Source: Pseudomonadales bacterium
GTDB taxonomy: Bacteria > Pseudomonadota > Gammaproteobacteria > Pseudomonadales > CAWVSB01
Direction of reading: 5' to 3'
DNA: 64,000 bases
NCBI GenBank assembly: GCA_046710535.1
Contig: JBKEHH010000013.1
Location: forward strand, 3,707-67,706
The position numbers and the translations under genes were made by a program. The notes under the pieces were generated by a model that did not search any database, had not been told where the DNA came from, and worked only from the letters and a program-made list of their open reading frames with translations. Positions 11,097 through 18,642 of the stretch are shown in pieces (position 1 is the stretch's first letter; each line of letters begins with the position of its first letter).

Positions 11097-11507
11097 ATGG
11101 AGCGAGTAATGACAATTGGAAGCTGGGATCCTACAACCACAGAAACATTTACCATCAGTAACAAAATTTTAGAAAAATTTGCCCAACTGGCTAATTCTAA
11201 TCAGCTAACTGACCTTAATGACCAATTAAGCAGCGAAGAAATACAACAACAAGCGCCGATTATGCGTCTAGACTTCCAAAACTGGCAAAATGCAGTGCCA
11301 GATAGCGACGCACAAACCCTAATTGCGCTTATTCGCTTCTTCACTATCGCCGAACAGCAGCTTTCTGGCTGGGAAGGACTGGAAAAGTCACCGGTAATCT
11401 ACTTAAACAAGCTGTTAAAGCTGCGTAAAGAACCACTAGATAAAGATATGCTGCTGTGGATTAGAGCCAATAGTAACAATCGTTTTTTACCCAACGGTGC
11501 ACTTTAA
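11097..11507 (+). CDS. Hypothetical protein, no domain recognised
   Basis: 136-aa ORF with ordinary codon usage. I recognise no motif. Confidence 0.5.
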   Translation: MERVMTIGSWDPTTTETFTISNKILEKFAQLANSNQLTDLNDQLSSEEIQQQAPIMRLDFQNWQNAVPDSDAQTLIALIRFFTIAEQQLSGWEGLEKSPVIYLNKLLKLRKEPLDKDMLLWIRANSNNRFLPNGAL

Positions 11508-11534
11508 AAAACCAGCAGATAACTACCAAAATAA

Positions 11535-11780
11535 TTAGATTTGGTAGTTATCTTTCCACTCCTGATAAGGCATATTATAAATGCGTTTTTTGGCTTCATC
11601 AATATCAATATTTTCACCTCTATTTACAGCTTCAGCCAGATACCATTTCGACAAACAGTTTCGACAAAATCCTGCCAAATTCATCAGATCGATATTTTGT
11701 ACATCTCGACGCGAATCTAAATGTTCGACTAGTCGACGAAACGCAGCTGCTTGAATTTCAATTTCAATTTGCTCGGTCAT
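11535..11780 (-). CDS. DUF1244-family protein
   Basis: AAFRRLVEHL..RRDVQNIDLMNLAGFCRNCLSKWY matches the DUF1244 pattern as I remember it. Confidence 0.78.
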   Translation of the reverse strand: MTEQIEIEIQAAAFRRLVEHLDSRRDVQNIDLMNLAGFCRNCLSKWYLAEAVNRGENIDIDEAKKRIYNMPYQEWKDNYQI

Positions 11781-12101
11781 AAAATATTCTCCATATGATT
11801 TTTATTAAAAAATAGATCTTTAAAAGTTACTAATAGTTGTTAATAAAAACTATTTTACAGGTAAAAACTAAGATTTTTATAAAATCTTATTTTCATTTTT
11901 TTGTTAAAAATTTTTCAAAAAAACTAAAAACAAAACTTTTTTTTGTTTTTTTAAAAGAAAAACAGTTTTATTTTAACAAAAAGTGCGTTTTTCTTTAAAA
12001 AACATTTGCTTTTTTTTGTAAAAGAATAAGAATAGCGCACATACTCGGGTAGTATATTTTAAAGACGCTTTTAAATTAATTCAAATAAGGGGAAGTGCAC
12101 C
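11781..12101. promoter_or_regulatory. Extremely A/T-rich divergent intergenic region with alternating A- and T-tracts (probable curved DNA or nucleoid-protein target, plus promoters)
   Basis: By my count only 17 G/C in the 120 nt at 11881-12000. The motif TTTTTTGT(T)AAAA occurs three times (about 11896, 11938, 12011). A 9-bp inverted repeat, TAAGATTTT-TAT-AAAATCTTA, lies at 11869-11889. Confidence 0.5.
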
Positions 12102-12653
12102 ATGGCCGCAGCAAAAAAATTTGTTGATCCAGTAGCAAAAGTTACCGCCGCTAACGAAAAGTCAGCAGCAGCAGCTTCGAAAAAAGCTGACAAAGCAAAC
12201 GCAGCTGTAAAATCTGCAAGTGCAAAAGTAGCCGCGGCTCAAGCAAAAACTGCTTCAGCTAAAACTAAAGCAAGCAAAGCTAAAGCTAGTGAAAGAGCCG
12301 CCGCTTTAAAAGCTGATGTAGCTAAAAAACGTGCTGTCGCTAAAGATGCAAAAACCGCATTAGCAGCAGTAAAATCAGCTAACAAAAAAGCCTTGGACAA
12401 AGTTAAAGCAACTGCTAAAAAAGCAGCCGCTAAAGCTAAAGCCGCCGCTATGAAAGCTGCTGTTAAAGCTAAAGCCGCCGCTAAGAAAGCAGCCGCTAAA
12501 GCTAAAGCCGCTGCTAAGAAAAAACCAGCCGCTAAGAAAAAAGCAGCTCCTAAAAAGAAAGCCGCTGCTAAGAAAAAAGCCGCTCCTAAGAAGAAAGCAG
12601 CTCCTAAAAAGGCCGCCGCTAAGAAAAAAGCAGCTCCTAAGAAGAAAAAGTAA
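12102..12653 (+). CDS. Lys/Ala-rich histone H1-like (AlgP/PhaF-tail-like) nucleoid-associated protein
   Basis: 183 aa, almost entirely A/K, with a C-terminal KKAAPKKKAAAKKK repeat array. Good SD (AAGGGGA) precedes the ATG and a strong terminator follows. Confidence 0.85.
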   Translation: MAAAKKFVDPVAKVTAANEKSAAAASKKADKANAAVKSASAKVAAAQAKTASAKTKASKAKASERAAALKADVAKKRAVAKDAKTALAAVKSANKKALDKVKATAKKAAAKAKAAAMKAAVKAKAAAKKAAAKAKAAAKKKPAAKKKAAPKKKAAAKKKAAPKKKAAPKKAAAKKKAAPKKKK

Positions 12654-12665
12654 CTTCTTCCTAAT

Positions 12666-12696
12666 AAAAAGCCCAGCATTTAGCTGGGCTTTTTTG
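12666..12696. terminator. Bidirectional rho-independent terminator between the H1-like gene and the SDR gene
   Basis: AAAAAGCCCAGC-ATTTA-GCTGGGCTTTTTT: an 8-bp GC-rich stem flanked by an A-run and a T-run. Confidence 0.85.
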
Positions 12697-12731
12697 TGCC
12701 TGTTTTTATAGCTACATCAGTAGCTACTGGC

Positions 12732-13520
12732 TTAGCTGGGAATAAACTCGCCGCCATTTACATCTAAAGCCGCTCCGGTTACCGCACATGAATAATCAGA
12801 TGCCAGAAAAATCACCGATTTAGCGCAATCAGCATCGTCGGGAATAGCGCCAAGTGGGATATTTTTCGCTACTTCGCCAATTAATAATTCCTTATCATTG
12901 CCGGTCACTTTTTCCATCATAGAAAAGTAATACTCTACTGGCGGCCCCCACATCCAACCCATATAACTTGAGTTAACACGTATATTGTACTGCCCTAATT
13001 CTAAAGCCAGATGAGCAGTGGCACTTTTTAACGCAGCTTTAGATGCACCATAGCCACCTTGAGTTGGCATAGGCTTGCGCGTCACCATGGTATTGACCAT
13101 CACAATGGACCCACCACCCTGCTCTTTCATGTGAGGGACCACTTCAAGGGTTAATGTCATGGTACCAAACAGATTCACCTCCATTGCTGCACGCCAACCG
13201 TCAAGATCAGCTTTTTCTATCGGCCCAAAGGAACCTGGATTGTAAGCACTGTTAATTAACGAATCGATACGACCATAGCGATCAATCGTCGCCGCCACTA
13301 ATGCTTTACATTGCTCTAAGTCAGCAATATCCGTAGCAACTTTCAAAATAGGATTAGCTAAGCCTAAAGCTCGTATTTCTTTTTCACAGTCATCAAGTTT
13401 CGATGCAGTTCTGGCGCAGATAGAAAGTAAGGCACCTTGCTTGGCTGCCTCTATTGCTAACTCCTTGCCTAAACCTGGTCCGATACCCGATACGATAACC
13501 ACTTTGTCTTGTAGTAGCAT
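12732..13520 (-). CDS. Short-chain dehydrogenase/reductase (SDR)
   Basis: VSGIGPGLGKE (TGxxxGxG-like) and YGASKAAL (YxxxK) motifs. Confidence 0.9.
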   Translation of the reverse strand: MLLQDKVVIVSGIGPGLGKELAIEAAKQGALLSICARTASKLDDCEKEIRALGLANPILKVATDIADLEQCKALVAATIDRYGRIDSLINSAYNPGSFGPIEKADLDGWRAAMEVNLFGTMTLTLEVVPHMKEQGGGSIVMVNTMVTRKPMPTQGGYGASKAALKSATAHLALELGQYNIRVNSSYMGWMWGPPVEYYFSMMEKVTGNDKELLIGEVAKNIPLGAIPDDADCAKSVIFLASDYSCAVTGAALDVNGGEFIPS

Positions 13521-13533
13521 TTCATAGCCTCAT

Positions 13534-13570
13534 CATTATTATTTTAGTCAGTGTGGCTAAAATAATAATG
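13534..13570. promoter_or_regulatory. Long A/T-rich perfect hairpin or operator between tag and the SDR gene
   Basis: CATTATTATTTTA (13534-13546) and TAAAATAATAATG (13558-13570) are exact reverse complements. Pairing can extend inward to a 3-nt loop. The structure ends about 13 nt before the SD/ATG of the SDR gene. Confidence 0.4.
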
Positions 13571-13615
13571 GGTGCAAGATAAGAAAAATGACGAAATGGT
13601 TATGACTGAATTGAA

Positions 13616-14194
13616 TCAAGCCATTTTTTGACATTGCCGCTTACGAAAACATTCACCGGCATGGTCATTCACCATGCCGGTGGCTTGCATAAAAGCGTAA
13701 ACGATTGTTGGGCCAACAAAATTAAATCCGCGTTTTTTAAGATCTTTGCTGAGTGCGGCAGATAATTCTGTAGATACGGGGAGATCTGACTGCGATGGCC
13801 AGCTATTTTGAATCGGCTTATTTTTGACAGCGGCCCATAAGTAATCAGAAAAACTACCGAACTCTTGCTGCAAGGCTAAAAATGCACGAGCATTTTGGCG
13901 CATGGAATAAACTTTAAGTCGATTACGAATAATTGCGGGGTTAAGTAAAATTTTATCTAGTTGTTTATCGCTATATTTGGCAAGTTTTTTAGCATTTAAA
14001 CCATCAAATAACTGACGATAAGCTTCTCGCTTACGCAGCACGGTGATCCATGATAAACCAGCTTACGCGCCTTCCAGAATCAAGAACTCAAATAGAATAT
14101 TGTCGTCAAATACTGGCACGCCCCACTCTTCATCATGATATTGCTCATATAAATCATCACCTTCACACCACTGGCAACGCAATTTAGTTTTCAT
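13616..14194 (-). pseudogene. tag: DNA-3-methyladenine glycosylase I (Tag) with an in-frame TAA at codon 44
   Basis: My translation from the ATG at 14194 reads MKTKLRCQWCEGDDLYEQYHDEEWGVPVFDDNILFEFLILEGA*AGLSWITVLRKREAYRQ... It continues into the 141-aa track ORF (...FVGPTIVYAFMQATGMVNDH). The stop at 14065-14063 sits where Tag proteins have Gln (LEGQQAGLSW). Confidence 0.85.
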
Positions 14195-14200
14195 TTAACC

Positions 14201-14235
14201 AAAAACCTAAAACCTAAAACCTAAAACCTAAAACA
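14201..14235. repeat. Heptanucleotide microsatellite (TAAAACC)n, about 5 units; (GGTTTTA)n on the coding strand of the flanking genes
   Basis: AAAAACC TAAAACC TAAAACC TAAAACC TAAAACA. It fills essentially the whole spacer between the stop of the 62-aa ORF (14228-14230) and the tag ATG (14194). Confidence 0.9.
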
Positions 14236-14416
14236 TTTCATAAAGAAGGCGAGAAATTAACGAGATAAAAACTAGGATGATCAACCATTTAGACAATGAA
14301 CCTTGCTGCTCATCGTTTAACGGCTTTGCTCTGCCTTCTAATAACTTCGTTATTAAAAATAAGGCTGCAAACAATATTAGTAAGATGAATAGTAAATCAC
14401 CCATGACATACCTCAA
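14228..14416 (-). CDS. Small two-TM membrane protein, hypothetical
   Basis: 62 aa with two hydrophobic segments (LLFILLILFAALFLI, WLIILVFISLISRLL). It starts 16 nt downstream of the GGDEF-EAL gene on the same strand. Confidence 0.5.
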   Translation of the reverse strand: MRYVMGDLLFILLILFAALFLITKLLEGRAKPLNDEQQGSLSKWLIILVFISLISRLLYEMF

Positions 14417-14432
14417 TGGAGTGGAAAGCGGT

Positions 14433-16055
14433 TTAAGAAACTACTTTGGACAAATAACTGCCGGCTTCACTTGCTGGCACTGGCTTACTATACAGATATC
14501 CTTGCAGTAATTTACAACCTAAGTTCGCCAGCGCCAAGCGCTGAACTTCAGTTTCAACGCCTTCGGCAATAACATCTAAAGACAAATTCTTACCTAATTC
14601 GATAATTGATTTAACAATACTCTTATCGCTGTCATTGATCGCAACATCTTGCACTAAAGAGCGGTCAATTTTCAGTCTAGCGACGGGTAACCGCTTCAAG
14701 TAACTCAAAGATGAATAGCCCGTGCCAAAATCATCAATAGACGACAACACACCTAAGTCATTTAGCTTTTTTAAAATTTGAATGGTTTGTTCAGTATCTT
14801 GCAACACCGAGCTTTCAGTGATTTCTACATGAAGCATACTCGCTGGTAAATCATATTTTTTCAGTACATCAACAATACTTTCTGCCAATGTATCATTTAA
14901 GAAATTTAACGCCGATAAATTAACCGACATAGGAACAAGCTGTAAACCTTGCTCTCGCCACATAGACATTTGCAAACACGCCTTATCCATTACCCAGCGA
15001 TCAAGCTCCACAATCAATCCAGACCGTTCAGCGATAGAAATAAACTGATCGGGCATAATCGTCCCTAACTCGGGATGACTCCAGCGCACTAATGCCTCAA
15101 AACCGATAATATCGCCGCTAGCGCTATCATTTTGTGGCTGAAAATGAAGTACTAACTGGCCATCGCTAATCGCTGAGCGCAAATCTGCTTCAATTTTTGT
15201 TTTGCTGCCAAAATCATCCCAGCTATCAACATTGGCATAGCGGAAACAACCTTTACCCGCATGTTTAGCCACAGCTAAGGCCGAGCGCGCTGCTTGCATA
15301 GCCTTAGCTAAGGTATCGCCGTGCTCCGGCACCATACAAATACCTACACTGGTACCCACCGACACATTATTGCCACCAATATCATAGGGCGCTGACACTA
15401 TTTCAATGATCCACTGAGCGGTTTGTTCTACTTCAAGTTTATTAGCCGGCTCTATTATGGCAATAGCAAACTCATCACTGCTTTGGCGCGACACTATATC
15501 GGTATCACTGAGAACACTTAGTAGCCTGGTCGAAACTTGACGGAGTAAATTATCGCCACCGTTATGACCTAAATAGTCATTAACAAATTTAAAACGATCC
15601 AAATTCATATATAAGATAGCAAGAGACTGTTCATGCTTTTGCACGCGAATAACATCGCGGCGCAAATTCTCTTGAAAGAAAGCTCTATTAGGTAACCCAG
15701 TTAGACTGTCGTAATAAGCGAGTTTTTCCAATTCATCTTCTGCCGCGCGCTTATCAGTAATATCTTGCGCCATCACCACATAATGAGTAACGCTTCTGTC
15801 GTCGGTTTCAATTAAGCCAAGCTCTAAGGCAATACAGCGTGAACTACCAACACAGTTAACTCCGCTTAGCTCTTCTTGCCATTGCCCAAAGCGATCTACC
15901 TTCATCCACCAGCTGTCCCCTAAGTTTGCTGTTGGCGAATCAGTTAACTCAAACCCGGTAAACAATTGACCAACAATATTCTCTTGCTGCCAATCACCCA
16001 TCGCTAGTGCCGTCGCATTTATGTCCATAACCATTCGGTTTTCATCTAGAATCAA
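14433..16055 (-). CDS. PAS-GGDEF(degenerate)-EAL c-di-GMP signalling protein, likely a phosphodiesterase
   Basis: The GGDEF-domain motif reads RQSSDEF instead of GGDEF/GGEEF. The EAL domain looks intact (FEALVRW, DDFGTGYSSLSYL). The start is TTG at 16055, but the frame is open further upstream (see findings). Confidence 0.88.
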   Translation of the reverse strand: MILDENRMVMDINATALAMGDWQQENIVGQLFTGFELTDSPTANLGDSWWMKVDRFGQWQEELSGVNCVGSSRCIALELGLIETDDRSVTHYVVMAQDITDKRAAEDELEKLAYYDSLTGLPNRAFFQENLRRDVIRVQKHEQSLAILYMNLDRFKFVNDYLGHNGGDNLLRQVSTRLLSVLSDTDIVSRQSSDEFAIAIIEPANKLEVEQTAQWIIEIVSAPYDIGGNNVSVGTSVGICMVPEHGDTLAKAMQAARSALAVAKHAGKGCFRYANVDSWDDFGSKTKIEADLRSAISDGQLVLHFQPQNDSASGDIIGFEALVRWSHPELGTIMPDQFISIAERSGLIVELDRWVMDKACLQMSMWREQGLQLVPMSVNLSALNFLNDTLAESIVDVLKKYDLPASMLHVEITESSVLQDTEQTIQILKKLNDLGVLSSIDDFGTGYSSLSYLKRLPVARLKIDRSLVQDVAINDSDKSIVKSIIELGKNLSLDVIAEGVETEVQRLALANLGCKLLQGYLYSKPVPASEAGSYLSKVVS

Positions 16056-16138
16056 AATGCCCTGACGCGTTGCATCAAATACTTTTCTTAATAAGTCACT
16101 AGATAAAATTGGGATACCCTCTTAACACCAAACAGGAG

Positions 16139-16164
16139 ATATGAAATATGAAATATGAAATATC
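16139..16164. repeat. Heptanucleotide microsatellite (ATGAAAT)n, about 3.7 units
   Basis: ATGAAAT ATGAAAT ATGAAAT at 16141-16161 plus partial flanking units, about 80-110 nt upstream of the GGDEF-EAL start. Confidence 0.85.
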
Positions 16165-16296
16165 GACGCGCCATTTAAAACCAGTAACCTTGCGGCGTAA
16201 ATAGCTTTTGTGCAATTAAACCGCTAATCCTTTGAATAAGTTCGGTGATGGGTTAACTTTGTTGTGCTAAGCCATTCAACTACGTAGCACTTAGGC

Positions 16297-17292
16297 ATGA
16301 CAAGCAACACTAACACAAACCAACCGATAACTTTCTCTCCACCCCGCTGGTTGCGCAACCCGCATATTCAATCCATTGTCTCTAGCACACTGCCACGTAA
16401 GTTATTGGTAAAGCGCAAAGCTAAAACTATGCTGGCTAATACCCAGCAAGAAATCATTCAATGCAATGACGGCATTAGATTACTTGGCGCATACAGCCAT
16501 AATGCTGCCAATGAAAAGCTGCTAATTATGGTTCATGGCTGGGAAGGCTGTATTGAATCTAACTATATGCTGTCGGTGGCGGCGCACTTGTATTCCCAGG
16601 GTTATTCAGTGTTTCGATTAAATCTGCGTGATCACGGCAATAGCAGCCACTTAAATGAGCGGCCTTATAACTCAGCTAGATTGGCAGAAATTCTCGATGC
16701 TATGGAAGCAATTCAGCGCCTACACCCTCACCATAGCAATTATCTAGTTGGTTTTTCATTGGGCGGTAACTTTAGTCTACGCATTGCCGCTAATGCGCAT
16801 CAGCGTAAGTGTCGCTTTAACAAAATTATTGCCGTATGCCCTGTTATTAGCCCAGCCCATACTATGCAAAGCTTAGAAACAGGGTTGCCGCTTTATCACA
16901 ACCATTTTGTCTCCCTATGGAAAAACTCACTCATTAACAAGCTTGAGCACTTTCCAGAATTAGGCTACGAAGAAAAGTTAAAGCCACTGAGCACTTTACA
17001 GGCAATGAACGAATATTTTATCCCTCATCTGACTGACTACGACACTTTGCCAGCGTATTTCGATGCTTACAGCTTAGGCGGTAACTATTTACAGGACTTA
17101 TCTATCCCTACGCATATTATCACCAGCTCTGACGACCCAGTAGTATTGTGTGAGGACTTAAATTTAATTACTGCAAAGCCAGCTAACTTGAGTATCGAAA
17201 TAACCCAATACGGCGGCCATTGTGCGTTTATCGAAAACACCAAGTTAGACAGTTGGATAGATAGACGAATCGATCAGTTACTACAAAGCTAA
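16297..17292 (+). CDS. Alpha/beta-fold hydrolase (YheT-like)
   Basis: HGWEG oxyanion region, GFSLGGN nucleophile elbow, and C-terminal D...GGHCAF. Confidence 0.85.
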   Translation: MTSNTNTNQPITFSPPRWLRNPHIQSIVSSTLPRKLLVKRKAKTMLANTQQEIIQCNDGIRLLGAYSHNAANEKLLIMVHGWEGCIESNYMLSVAAHLYSQGYSVFRLNLRDHGNSSHLNERPYNSARLAEILDAMEAIQRLHPHHSNYLVGFSLGGNFSLRIAANAHQRKCRFNKIIAVCPVISPAHTMQSLETGLPLYHNHFVSLWKNSLINKLEHFPELGYEEKLKPLSTLQAMNEYFIPHLTDYDTLPAYFDAYSLGGNYLQDLSIPTHIITSSDDPVVLCEDLNLITAKPANLSIEITQYGGHCAFIENTKLDSWIDRRIDQLLQS

Positions 17293-17834
17293 ACGACAGC
17301 AGACAAATTCCACTCTGCTTTTGCCACCGCCTTTATCAGCAACTCATACATCTGATCCATAATTTGTTGATTCATCCGAATATTAACCCCTTGCCCCTCT
17401 TTCGGCGCCAAGCCAAAAGTGACCGTTGAATTCTTATGCTCAGTAATGGTGATTTTTGACACCAATATGCCTTCTTGCGGCAGGGGAAATTCAGCACCGT
17501 ACTCTTGGAACGGCTTATCGTGATCAATTTTGTGGGCAGATTTTTTAGGCGCTTGTTGCTCTTTCGGTTGGCTTTTTAGCTTTTGAATTTCAGCTTTTTC
17601 AGCTTTACCCATCTGCTTGTTTAGCACTTTGAACAATAATTGAACATATCGTCGAGTCAGCCACATTCTGTACTCTTCGCCATCAGTGGTATTGGTGCGG
17701 AACAATATTCTGTCCTCAACCGAGTCAAAGGTTACTGTCATCTGATGCAGTTGATTGGCCATATCTGTTAATAAATCTCCTAAACGGGAAAATAGGTCTA
17801 CACTGGATCGAAAGCTATAAAATCTGAAACGCAC
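17289..17834 (-). CDS. Hypothetical protein (start uncertain: GTG at 17834 or ATG at 17762)
   Basis: ORF with a Lys-rich linker between two conserved-looking halves. No motif recognised. Its stop overlaps the stop of the convergent hydrolase gene. Confidence 0.5.
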   Translation of the reverse strand: MRFRFYSFRSSVDLFSRLGDLLTDMANQLHQMTVTFDSVEDRILFRTNTTDGEEYRMWLTRRYVQLLFKVLNKQMGKAEKAEIQKLKSQPKEQQAPKKSAHKIDHDKPFQEYGAEFPLPQEGILVSKITITEHKNSTVTFGLAPKEGQGVNIRMNQQIMDQMYELLIKAVAKAEWNLSAVV

Positions 17835-17996
17835 TCTAGTTTACCAAGATCGAGTCAATTTTCGTCAACAAAGCGAAATAAAGTGCAATTATTGACAACA
17901 AAAACCTGACGTATTTTGAAATAAGCAAGATTTATGGCTCTTAATCATCATAATATGTAAGCATAAATAATAATTTTACTGCAAAGGGGTACGTCT

Positions 17997-18623
17997 ATGA
18001 AATGGCAAACAATAATTCTTAGCATGTTATTTTTAACCAGCAACCTAGTATTTGCCGAAGCAGACCTAAGCGCAGGGAAAGCAAGTTACGGCATGTGCGC
18101 CAGCTGCCACGGCGCCGACGGCGCAGGTAATACAGCTATGAATGCTCCCGCATTGAATGGTCAAGCCGCTGAATACATTGCTCGCCAACTGAACAACTAC
18201 AAATCAGGTGTTCGCGGTGGCGAGGCCGGTGATATGTATGGCGCCCAAATGAAAGGCATGGCAGTAACATTGACTGCTGTAGCTGTTGATGATGTTTCTA
18301 ACTATATTGCCTCGTTGCCAGCAACTGCGGTTGCCAGTATCCAAGAAGGTGATTTGCACAAGGGAAATAATGCTTATCAAGGTAAATGTGGCGCTTGCCA
18401 CGGCGGCAAAGCCCAAGGTAACGAGCTAATGAATGCGCCAGCACTGGCTAACTTAGACAGTGCTTATATCGCTCGCCAAATTGCCAATTATAAAGGTGGC
18501 CTGCGCGGCAGCCATCCAGACGATCGATTCGGTAAACAGATGAAGATGATGGCCAATGTAATCGCTAATGATGAAGAGCTGACCAACATTATCGCCTATA
18601 TTCACTCGATCCCAGCGAGCTAA
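17997..18623 (+). CDS. Di-haem cytochrome c4-type protein, periplasmic
   Basis: Signal peptide. Two CxxCH motifs (CASCHG, CGACHG), each followed by the repeated YIARQLxNYKxGxRG pattern typical of c4/c-553 repeats. Confidence 0.9.
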   Translation: MKWQTIILSMLFLTSNLVFAEADLSAGKASYGMCASCHGADGAGNTAMNAPALNGQAAEYIARQLNNYKSGVRGGEAGDMYGAQMKGMAVTLTAVAVDDVSNYIASLPATAVASIQEGDLHKGNNAYQGKCGACHGGKAQGNELMNAPALANLDSAYIARQIANYKGGLRGSHPDDRFGKQMKMMANVIANDEELTNIIAYIHSIPAS

Positions 18624-18642
18624 GCGCGGGCTAACGCAGACA

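Noticed and set aside
12400-12650. Regular short DNA repeats that could be mistaken for a CRISPR-like array
   Set aside because: The repeats are in-frame codon repeats (KKAAPKKKAA) inside a coding gene with no unique spacers. No CRISPR array or cas gene is visible in the window.
12239-12679. 146-aa minus-strand ORF (A/F/L-rich) overlapping the H1-like gene
   Set aside because: It is the antisense shadow of GCN/AAR codon repeats. It has no SD and a low-complexity product. The + strand gene has an SD, a start and a terminator.
14201-14235. (TTTTAGG)n resembles eukaryotic telomere repeats
   Set aside because: Only about 5 units, internal to a bacterial operon spacer, with a unit that differs from TTTAGGG and TTTTAGGG. 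This is a coincidental microsatellite.
16056-16200. Translational phase variation of the GGDEF-EAL gene through the 7-nt repeat (upstream ATG at about 16176, reading MARRYFIFHISY...)
   Set aside because: I worked through the frames. Adding one unit puts that ATG into the main frame, but a TAA (about 16126-16124) lies between the repeat and the ORF. Removing one unit runs into a TAG. No repeat number yields a fused protein. The 5-codon mini-ORF (ATGAAATATGAAATATGA) on the + strand has only a 2-nt SD spacing.
17289-17292. Convergent genes whose stop codons overlap (hydrolase on + and hypothetical on -) with no terminator
   Set aside because: Small convergent overlaps are common and carry no specific functional implication here.
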